Shown here: in pieces, positions 13,750 to 23,787 of the stretch
Layout: every line of letters starts with the position of its first letter
Numbering within the stretch: the first letter of the stretch is position 1
DNA from: Camelus ferus
Taxonomy: Eukaryota
Length of the DNA: 64,000 bases
Assembly: GCF_009834535.1 (NCBI RefSeq)
Contig: NC_045697.1
Location: forward strand, 9,798,001-9,862,000
Direction: 5' to 3'
Translations under genes and position numbers: made by a program
The notes under the pieces: generated by a model
What the model saw: the letters and a program-made list of their open reading frames with translations, nothing else
Databases searched by the model: none
Told to the model about the DNA's origin: nothing

Positions 13750-14950
13750 TTCAGTTAGTGCATGTATTTGACAATTCTTGGGTGCCTACTGTGTGCCATG
13801 ATTGTTCTAGATGCTGAGGATGCAGTGGTGAGTAAAACAATGTACCTTCCTTCATAGGGCTTGTGAACTAACTAACAGAGGGGACAGATAAACAATTTAA
13901 GTACCTAGTGGGCCAGATGGAGAAAAATCAAACCACCTGGGAGGAAGGAGGAGGCTAGAATGGAGGGAGGGGGCTCCTAATTCACAATGTCAAACAGAGA
14001 AGACATCACTGAGAAAGTAAGCTTGAGTAGAGACCTAAAAGAAGTGAAAGAGAAAGAGGGAAAAAGAGTTATTGACTCCTGCTGGCAGGGAGGGGACAAG
14101 TATTCCAGGCAGTGGGAGCTGTGAGAGCAAAGGCTGAGGCTTTGCTGACTTGGCCTGGTGTGTTAAAGAAACGAGAATTCTATTCTGGGGTAGAAATTGT
14201 CGGGGAGGGATTAGTGGTGGCAGGAGGTAACCTGGAAGAATCTTTCAATAACTGAAAATGTTTGGACTTCTATTCTGATAAGTGTAAGTATTTAGTCAGA
14301 GGAGTTGATGTAATCTGTCTGAAAGGAGCATTCTGGCTGCTTGATAGAGAATAGCTTGTAGACAAAATCAGAAGCTGGGAAACTAGTTAGGAGTTGAGAG
14401 CAACAATCCAGGGGAGAGGTTGGTGGCCTGGACCAGGTTGTTTGTGGTGGGAGTGGTGAGAAGTGGCTGGATTCTGGATATGACTTAAAGGTAGGATAAG
14501 CAGCGTGATGGTTTGATGTACTGTTAGACAAACAGAAGTCAAGAAGGACACCCCAAGGTTTTTGGCCTAAGAACAGTGGAGTGCCATTTAAGGAGATGAG
14601 GATTAATGAGGCAGGGGAGTTCAATTTGAGGCATGGGAGTTAAATTTGGGATGTCTGGGAAGCCATGTCCTGGGCAAGCAGGGAGAGGATCCGGTGCCCC
14701 AGTGGGGCTGGCCTTAGACGGTGGCAGTGTAGGGTGTGGACAGGCCGTCCATGGACCCAGAAGGAAGGTGAGGTGTACAGGGACAGATACAGAGTGACTG
14801 ACTGGAAGAGGGAGCAGGTGAGGATTTGGGAAGCTCTCCTGTGACTGCTTCTATTTTCCCAGTGAAATAGGAAGCCAGGTCAGCAGTTGAGAGTAAGGAT
14901 AGGTGAAGGTGTGAGGAGGTTTTAAGATAGAGAAGGTGTGAAACAGTCTT
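13750..14950 (-). mobile_element. L2 LINE fragment
   Basis: Begins with the antisense L2 3' end (gggtgcctactgtgtgccatg...ttctagatgctgaggatgcagtggtgagtaaaac); later gagaagtggctggattctggata and ccccaaggtttttggcctaag. Confidence 0.7.
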
Positions 14951-14956
14951 CTAGGA

Positions 14957-15166
14957 CGGTGTTTTTCAATTTCAGCTCATGACCTAATTGTGAGTCTTCA
15001 AATCAATGTAGTGATTTGAGATCAATTTAATGATTTTAAAAAGTAAAATTTTAAATGAATTTGTTGCATGTATTAAAAGTGAGAATTGCTTAATGAAAGC
15101 TTTATTTCAGGTGCATGTGTGTATGTGTGTGTGCTGGGTTGTAGCAAGGTATTTTCAAAAACACTG
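14957..15166. mobile_element. hAT-Charlie-like MITE
   Basis: Inverted termini cggtgtttttcaa / ttcaaaaacactg; left flank resembles the hAT NTCTAGAN target. Confidence 0.55.
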
Positions 15167-17399
15167 GCCCAGAGCAGTGGGAGGAAATGAACAAGAAGGG
15201 ACTGTCAAAGTCAGGGACTGAGTTACTGGTCATATAATTGACATATTTTCACACAAATAAGATTAGAATATAGATTCATAAGATCTTGGCTTTGGACCTC
15301 CCACTCACCTCTACCTCCACTATAGGAGACTTTTATGTCGGAATATTTTCGATGGGACACTCATCAGCTTAAAGGTTCTAGATTTCAGAAAATAACTTTC
15401 CTCTCTATAAAAAGCAGGGCCCTCACAACACTCTCTGAGATGTTAAAGTAGTGAGTAGAGCGTCTGGCAGTGGGACTTTGGAATTCAGTGTAATTAATAT
15501 GAAGTTTAACCTTATAATATAATACTAAACTTGATGGCTTTTTTCCCCCCAGTTTTAGAGAGCTTTAAATACTCTACAACAAAACCAGTCTCAGCACACC
15601 AAGAAACCTTGTTTTTGTTCAAACTTTAGCCCAGAATAATACCATCTGGTTTTTAAATGTATGCTCTCTCTCCTTATATTGCACTAACTGAAAATTTAAT
15701 GGATGATTGAGCTAATTTTCCTGCCTATATTTTCAAGGTTTCTCGTTGGATCTGCAGATGAGTCCAATCAAATATAATTTTATTTAGGAAAACATTTGTT
15801 CATTTTAAAGAATTTATAAGCCTCAGTTCCTGAATATTTTCCCTGCAAAACAGGTTAATGAATAATAGTTAAGAAATATGTCAACAGGTGCTGTGAAAAT
15901 GGCCATTTATATTTTTTATTCTAATGATCTCAGGTTATTTCCTAGACATTGTAATTTAGAGTAATAGAAGTACTTCTCCAGTTCTATATTTTGATTGTTA
16001 AAAATGGTTTTGAAATTAACTCAAATCAATTTTCTATGTACCCATTGATTTCTAAATCATTTACGAGTTTCTTTTTAAGTACTTTTTCCTCATTGTAAAG
16101 GCAATATCAAACTTAGTTCATTAGACAGGATATTAGACATAAATTTTATACCTTGAATGTATTTTTCCTTTGCAATGTTGTTCTTTTTCTACTGTATTTA
16201 TTGATTCATATAAAGTTGAAACACTGAAGTAACAAAAGCAGAAATGACAATGAGGACTCATAAAAATGTACAGTTTGCCTACATCAGTAAGAGTGTGCTG
16301 GTTTATAACACTATTTAATCTTAGTTCAGTTGTAAATCAAAACCAAATAGAATCTGAACCCACTTTCTATTGCTTTGGGGATTATCAGTCTATATTCTAG
16401 GATTCTTTCAGTAGTTTCACTTCTCTAAACGCCAAGAGAATTAAAACTGCGAAACAGGAACATGAAATGCTTATCTTACGTTCTGTGGATTGCTCTGCTA
16501 TTCCTTTATCCAGACCCTTACTATTTTTTTTTCTCTGTGTAAAATGTTTCTTTAGGAAAAACACAGGTTTACTTCCTCTTCCATCGCTTCCAGTAAGACC
16601 TCTACCATGGAAAGCTCTCTCTCCTTCCATTTTGCAAGCCTCAACAAGTCTGCTGCTGAGTCAGAACCTCCTTTTTTTCCCTGATGTGAGAAATCTTTCT
16701 CCCTTGAAAATTCATAAAGGTTTGGAAATGTTGAGTCTCCCTAGGGGGAAGGCGCGGGGGTGCCAGAATGAATGCGGTGGGGAGGAGTCCCACACACGGT
16801 AGTCCTGATGGTGGCACTTTAAACGCTTTCTGAAATAGGAGGACTTGGAGCCGGCCCAGGGTTACCACGGGAGCTCTCCTCGGAACCCATTATATGCGTA
16901 TCTGTGTGTAAATAACCACACGGAGCCGTGTTAGGTTCCAGGGACTTTGTTCCTCATTACTGGAGTGAAAATGTTTGGTATATGGCCGCGGCCTCGTGTT
17001 TACCCTACAGAAAACACCTTCATGCGGCTGCCGGAAGGTAGATGACAGCGCGCAGCACGAAAGGCTGAAAACTGAAACCAGCGCTAAAACTCGCTTTGTA
17101 CCGCGACCCGAGGGCTCCGAGTCGGGGCCCGAGGTGTGGGCGACCCGCTCGGCGGTCTGCACGGCGGCCAGAGCCTCGCACCGGCGAGTGGGTCAGAGGA
17201 CCCCCGCGCCAAGCCCGGAGGCCAGGAGAGGGCAGGATCCCCGCTCCGTCGCGCTGCGGGCCACGCGCGGCCGCGATCACCGAGGGCCACTCCCAGTGGG
17301 GCTCCCCGGCCTCAGTTTCCCCGGCCAGCGCCGCCTAGGGAAGACCCTGTCCCTGCGGCTGGGCTCATGTGACCGAGGGCGAGGCCGAGGTGACAGGAA

Positions 17400-17830
17400 G
17401 GAGGCGGGGCCCCGAGGGAGACGGGGCGGGGGTGACGCGTGCGACCCACTGCAAGCTTTGCCGGGACCCCGCGCGGGAAAAGGCCGTTGCCCAGAAACCG
17501 TCCGCGCCCGCCGCGCGTACTCGACCTCGCGCCCGCGCCCGGCGCTCAGACCTCCTCAGCGACCCGACGCCCCAACCGGCCTCTCCCTACCCTAGGCTCA
17601 GGAGAAGCCCGAGGAGACGCGCCGCTCGCTCCCGCGCTCCCCCGCCCTCCCGAGAGCGCGAGCGCGCCCCCCGGCCATGCCTGCATATTAATAAGGGGCG
17701 GGACGGGGCGGGGCAGCGCGGGCGCGGGGCCTCGAGTCCGCGCGTGCCGGGACGCACCGCGGGGGGCGGCGCGATTGTGAGGTGGCGCTGACGCACGTTC
17801 CGGGGTTCTTAAGCGACCCGGGCGGCAGCG
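17400..17830 (+). promoter_or_regulatory. CPEB2: Putative core promoter: GC boxes, CRE-like sites, ETS-like site, AT-rich element
   Basis: GGGCGG boxes (e.g. within 17695-17713), TGACGC at ~17433 and 17789, TTCCGG at ~17798, CATATTAATAA at 17684-17694. The TSS cannot be fixed from sequence. Confidence 0.55.
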
Positions 17831-18050
17831 GAGGCGGTGGCGGCGGCGGCGCCCGAGCCGGTCTCTGGAGGTGGCGGTGATCGCCGCGAGGGGTGGCAGG
17901 GCCGAAGTCGGTGCCCCTGGCTCAGTCACGGTGTCCCTCTCTCACTGACTCCCCCTCCTTCCACCACGGCCGCGCCGCCCCAGATCCGGCGGCTTCTTAG
18001 GCGGGGCAGCGGCCGGGGCGCGTCTCCTCCCGCTGCCGCCGGCCTGATAA

Positions 18051-19340
18051 ATGCGGGACTTCGGGTTTGGGGTGCAGCAGACAGCCCCGCTCCGAAGCAG
18101 CAGCCCTGGGTCCCTGTTCAGCGGCGGGACATACCGTCCCTACGCCGCGGGACCCGCCACGGCCGCCGCCCCACTGCCCTCCGCCACGCCCTTCGGCCGG
18201 CTCTCGCCGCCGCCGTTGCCTGTCACCGGCATCTCGGAGGCCGCCTCCCCCTTCTCTATCCCCCTCGGCTGCGGCGGCGCGGACAGCTCGGCCGCAGCCG
18301 CTTCCTCTTCCTCCCCGTTCCTGGTGCATCAGCAGACCATGCAGGATGAGCTGCTGCTCGGGCTGACACAGCAGCCGGCGCGGCCGCTCTCGGGGGCGGC
18401 GGCCGCGGAGAAACTCCCCAACCACCACCCCGGCGGCGGCACGAACGCGGGTGTGACCCACCTCCTCCCCTCCCAGGACTTCAAACCGAGTCTGCACCAC
18501 CCCTCCTCCTCCTCCGCCTCCTCCTGCTGCTGCTGCCGCACCTCCTCCCCGCAGGACTTCAGTAAGCGGCAGCAGCAGCAGCTGAGCAGCCAGAAGAGGA
18601 AAGAGTTCAGCCCTCCCCACCTTCCCCACCCTTCGGACTCGAAGCCGCCACCGCCGCCGCTCCACTGCCCCGGCCGGTTCAGCCCGCCTCCGCCGCCGCC
18701 CGGCCCGCTCCTCCAGCCGGCGCAGCTCATCCAGCGCCAGCAGCAGCAACAGCAGCAGTTCAGCCTCCCGCACCCGCAGCACCTCCCACCGCAGGACTTC
18801 GCCCTGCGGCAGCTCCCGGCCGACCTGCCCCCGCTCCGGCAGCTCCAGCCTTCGCCGCCCTCAGCGCCGCGGCGCCGCCACGGAGGGGCGGGCAGCCCTC
18901 GCAAGACCCCGGCCGCGGGCGAGGGCAGCGCCGCCGAGCCCCCCAATGCGGGCTTGGCCCCCTCGACGCCGCCGGTGAACTCCGCGCCGGGCTCTATGGA
19001 GTCCCCCAACCACCCTCTGCTCAACAGCCCCAGTAACCTCCTGCCCGGCGGGGCGCTCAGCGCGGGCGCCTTCAGCAGCCTGCAGAGCCCAGACCTTCCG
19101 CACCCGGGCGGCGGCGGCGGCGGGGGCGGGGGGCCCCCCGGAGGCGGAGGGGGAGGCGGCTCCGCGTCGCCGCCGCCGCCGCTGCCCGGCTTCGGCACCC
19201 CCTGGTCGGTGCAGACCGCATCGCCGCCTCCCCAGCCCCAGCCCCAGCCGCCGCCGCCGCCCCAGCAGCAGCCGCCGCCTCCGCCCCAGCAGCCGCCGCA
19301 GCCGCAGCCGCCGCAGCCGGGCTCGTCGGCCGCCACCCCG

Positions 19341-19373
<33 letters not shown>

Positions 19374-19742
19374 TCGCTCAGCGCCATGCCGCCGCCCAGC
19401 CCCGATTCGGAGAACGGCTTCTACCCGGGGCTGCCGTCTTCCATGAACCCTGCCTTCTTCCCGAGCTTCTCGCCCGTGTCCCCGCACGGCTGCGCAGGGC
19501 TCAGCGTGCCGGCGAGCGGCGGCGGCGGCAGCGGCGGCGGCTTCGGGGGCCCCTTCTCGGCGGCTGCCGTGCCCCCGCCGCCGCCGCCCGCCATGAATTT
19601 ACCTCAGCAGCAGCCCCCGCCGCCCGCGGCGCCGCAGCAGCCGCAGAGCCGGAGGTCGCCCGTCAGCCCGCAGCTCCAGCAGCAGCACCAGGCGGCGGCC
19701 GCCGCCTTCCTGCAGCAGAGGAACTCCTACAACCACCACCAG
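18051..19742 (+). CDS. CPEB2: CPEB2 coding exon 1 (564 codons; Pro/Gln/Gly/Ser-rich disordered region)
   Basis: MRDFGFGV...MQDELLLG...MPPPSPDSENGFYPGLPSSMNPAFFPSFSPVSPHG...QSRRSPVSPQLQQQHQAAAAAFLQQRNSYNHHQ is recognisable CPEB2. Donor CAG|GTACGG, phase 0. Confidence 0.95.
19344..19373 (+). repeat. Pure (GGC)10 repeat encoding poly-Gly
   Basis: ggt followed by ten uninterrupted ggc, giving 11 Gly. Confidence 0.95.
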
Positions 19743-22667
19743 GTACGGCGGGCGGCGGTCCGCCTGCGCCGCGGGGCCGGGGACACCGCGGGCGGGGGCG
19801 CCCCCCGAGGAGCGCTGGCGAGGAGCTCTCGCCCGAGTAAGAGTGGGACCCGGAGGGCGGAAAAGGGCGACGGGACTCGGGACACCGTCCCCGGTGGGGT
19901 GGGAGGGCTGTGGCCACCGTGGGCTGTGGGGCTCCCGAGGCGGGTTCGGCTGGAAGCGGCCCGGGCCGGGCGCCCCCTCGAACGCCCCGGCGCGGCGGTG
20001 GGGGCTGGGGCACGGACGGAATGGCGTCCCTCCCGCCCCTCGGAGCGGGCCACCCTAGCGAACCCAGGCCTCGCCGGCGACCCCCGCCCCGGGGGTCCGC
20101 CGTCCGGGTTCCTCGAGTCCGGAGACACAGCTAGGACGAGCCTGGGTTCGGGGACTGGGGGACGCGGGACCGGCGGGCTCGGGCGGCGGCCTCAGAAGAG
20201 GAGCGGCCGTGGGAAGCAAACTGGGGAAGGAGAGTGATTACCGGAGACGGTGCGTGTGGGGAGCCCGTGACTCTTCCCCGTCGTCCAATGAGGGAACGGG
20301 CGGAAAGGGCCCTTTTTTCTTTCGAGTTTGTTTCATTCTTATTTGGTCGGCGAGGGCTGTTGCCGGCGAGGCGGTGGCCGGCCCGCACAACCTGCCGCGG
20401 GGACCCGGCGTCCGAGGAGCCGCCGGGCTGCGCGCCTCCTGCCGACTTTCCCGCTGCGTGGGTCGGTCCTCTGAGCTGTCAGATGACTTTGAAAAAGAAA
20501 CTGGTAGTGACGGCTCACTTGGTTGAGACGGAGATGCTCCCAAGACAGTTCGACTTTCTGTGCTTTTTAATGTTTGGCTACTATTTTGTAGGTTTTAAAA
20601 CTAAACGAGTTTGAGATCAGTGTGTTACCTTGAAGAGAAGACTTTTACATTTTTGGGGGTGGCCTTAACCTTCTCTTGACTGATAGGGTGTGTGTATTTT
20701 CAGCGGGTAATGTAATTATGAAATCACTGCGGGCAGGCTTTTTGATTCATCCGGGTCCTTTCTGATTCAAGGTCTGTTTTGTTATCCTCTCAGTTCAACG
20801 TTTGAGTGACCGCTGGGTTGGTTAATCGACACTGAAAGGGTATTTTGTTGTTCTTTTTTGATCTAGTCAGCGTTTATTATAGTGATCATTCTAAGGCCAA
20901 TTTCATGATTAAAGATACAGGGAGAAACACAAATGGACCTTAACCAATGCCGACTTACTCTTATAACTTTTTCCATTGGTCAGTTAAAGTTTTGAAGGGT
21001 TGACCATTTTAAAAGGTGAATACTATATAAATTAACTAAAGTGACAGTTAACAGTTTATTTAAATTAACCAGAACAATAGTTAACAGTTTTTCTTGAAGA
21101 GTCACTGGTTTCTCTCTGAGAAAGGAGAATGTGGCCAAGAAGGATTCAAAATACTAATTTTGAAATAGTATTTCACTCTTCTGTGATTTGCGTGTCTTGA
21201 GCAACTATCTTGTGGGTATCAGGGTCTTCATGTTTTAACTGGAGACTTGCCACAGAAAATTAAAAGTATTTTTTTATTCTTCAAGCTGTGATACATGGTC
21301 AGAAGACCATATACCATGATCTATGTTTAACTATAATCTGTTTTTTGTCAAAAGACGGGTCTCAAAGTGGAGTGTAAGAGGTCACACAGCTGTCATGTGG
21401 AATTTTAGATCATGGGAAGAGAACTTTGAACGCAATCAGTGAGGAAAGTAAGGCCCTCAAGAATGGAGTGGTTCCAGTCCATGATCCCTTAACTATGCTT
21501 TTGAACTGTCAAGGGGGGAACGTTGTATATAATAAAGATATTAGAATTTAAAACAATTTTTTAACAGGTACTATAGATCAAGTTTTAAAAAAACCTGTAA
21601 GAAGCAGGTTTAATTTTAAGGGTGCTTGACTTAACAGTAACTTATTGACTTAGAGTAACTGCATGGCCCATACTTTGGCTAAATGTTAACACAAAATTAT
21701 TAAATTATAAACTTACTGACAATATAATTACTAGCAGTTAACACAACCTATAGTTGTAGTTCCTTGGTGGATTTTTCATTCTTTGATGACTTAACTTTTC
21801 TTGCCATTGATTCTAGTTTGGAATATAATTTACTTTTGAAAATGAATGAAGTTAATGGAGACTTGTATTATTAAAATCTCTATTAGAATGATGAAAGCAT
21901 CTGGCTCTTTACCTTTAATATATCTCAGTGTATTCACCTATGGGTAACGTCAAATTGCTTAACAGTTCATGGATAAGTAAGTGAAATAAAACCTAAAGAA
22001 AATTTAAAAGAAACTACATTAAAACTGGAATAAAGTATCTTGAAAGTTGAATAAACAGTGAAATAAAAGACATATTTCTTGTATTTTTCTTATCCCCAAA
22101 ATCATTTTTAATCCATGTAATAGAATAACACCAAATGTTATCATTATCCATGTTTATTATAGTGGTACTACTTGTTTTGGAAACCTAGTCTAAATATTAC
22201 ACTCATACAATTGAGACATTTTAATTAATAAAGACCATATTTTTAGTTGTGTGCCTAGCAGAGTATGGTTGCTTTAAAATTATAGTGTAGTTTGTATCTT
22301 TAAGGATCTTCAAAGTTAATTTCAATTTAAAAGTATTTTTTCTTCATATTTGTAAGGTATATAGTTCTCTCTGAAGGAAAAAAAGTAACTGTACTTTCTA
22401 TTTTAGTAATTGTCATGAAATATTTGCTTCATTCATTATATTTATAGTAAACAAGAGTCTATAAACTCACCTAGAATTAAATGAATATGTTTTCGTATAG
22501 CAAGATCTCAAGCCTATTACCTTTTATAAACTAGTTAAGATATATTCTGTTGCCTTTATATTTTTCATTTTTTTAAGATCATATATATTTTTAGCTCAGG
22601 CCTAAATTTGAATTTGAACTATAAGCTGGTTAAATGCCTATAATTTAAGTAGATGTATTTTCCCCAG

Positions 22668-22949
22668 CCTCTTCTGAAACAATCTCCCTGGAGCAACCAT
22701 CAGAGCAGTGGCTGGGGCACTGGAAGTATGTCCTGGGGCGCAATGCATGGCAGAGATCATCGTAGAACTGGAAACATGGGAATTCCAGGAACTATGAATC
22801 AGATATCTCCATTGAAGAAACCGTTTTCTGGTAATGTCATAGCACCACCGAAATTTACTCGCTCTACTCCATCACTGACTCCAAAATCTTGGATTGAAGA
22901 TAATGTGTTCAGAACAGACAACAATAGTAATACACTCTTACCCTTACAG
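22668..22949 (+). CDS. CPEB2: CPEB2 coding exon 2 (282 nt)
   Basis: Acceptor ttttccccag|CCT, donor CAG|GTAAGA. PLLKQSPWSNHQSSGWG...GRDHRR...ISPLKKPF...PKSWIEDNVFRTDNNSNTLLPLQ. Phase 0-0. Confidence 0.97.
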
Positions 22950-23697
22950 GTAAGAATGGTATGTAAATGGCCTTATTTCTAATGTTAATCTTTCAAAGTA
23001 GGAAATTGGGTGGTGGTAGTAGTAGTAGTATAAAATTAGCAGATTAAAGGAGAGAAAGTTCTAATTTTTAAGCATATGATTTAATTATCAAAGGATAAAA
23101 TACCTATATAGAGAAGACTGGGACTAAAAGAAAATCTCTAAACACATAATAGAAAATAAGCTTTATAAAATATAGAAAACCCTGCTGCATTGCTTAAATA
23201 TATATTGAAGCTTTTAATTGGCAGCTCCATAAGAATGCCTCCATTCATTAATCTTTAATAGGTCACCAAAATGAGTTTCTCTTCCAATATAGCTAAACTA
23301 AAGTGTTCTGTAATTGCACATATATTTGACTATGATCAGCTGTATGTATATTCAGATAGTACAGCTGTGATTATGGCAAAATAATATTAGGGCTTTTCAC
23401 ATCAAATTAAAATTTGTCCACTAGTTCAGGGACTATTTTTTTCTGTATGTGGCCTAATAGTTGTGATGATTAGACTTTTTTCACGGCTTTTAATATTTTG
23501 TTGATATTAAAGTCCCCTTGTGATTATTTAAAATGAGACTTTTTCCCCTGAAACCATTAGAGGGTAGAACAAAGATATGCAATAGGGAAAACTTGGATTG
23601 GTTTTTTTCTTTTCATTCTCCCCCCCCTTTTTTTTTTGCGGGTGGGTACGGGTAAGAGAACTGCTTATTTCTGATGAAAACTTCTATGCTATTGAAG

Positions 23698-23787
23698 GTG
23701 AGATCTAGTTTGCAGTTGCCAGCTTGGGGCTCAGATTCACTCCAAGATAGTTGGTGCACTGCAGCCGGAACATCCAGAATAGACCAG
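23698..23787 (+). CDS. CPEB2: CPEB2 90-nt cassette exon (30 aa)
   Basis: attgaag|GTGAGATCT...GACCAG|gtaggc encodes VRSSLQLPAWGSDSLQDSWCTAAGTSRIDQ, the known CPEB2 30-aa alternative insert. Symmetric phase 0-0; missed by the ORF track. Confidence 0.93.

Larger units (their letters stand above)
16950..20530. promoter_or_regulatory. CPEB2: CpG island covering the CPEB2 promoter, exon 1 and start of intron 1
   Basis: Abrupt switch from AT-rich, CpG-poor DNA to very GC- and CpG-rich sequence, returning to AT-rich near 20550. Confidence 0.95.

Noticed and set aside
16975..17929. Cluster of 70-206 aa ORFs in the promoter
   Set aside because: Arg/Pro/Gly/Ala-rich ORFs expected by chance in a CpG island; no homology recognised.
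17997..19487. Long antisense ORFs (261, 352 and 208 aa) over exon 1
   Set aside because: Shadows of a stop-poor, GC-rich coding exon; low complexity and no recognisable domain.
19743..20237. Last 164 aa of the 728-aa ORF (VRRAAVRLRRG...)
   Set aside because: Read-through into GC-rich intron 1. CPEB2 similarity stops at the CAG|GTACGG donor and resumes in phase at 22668.
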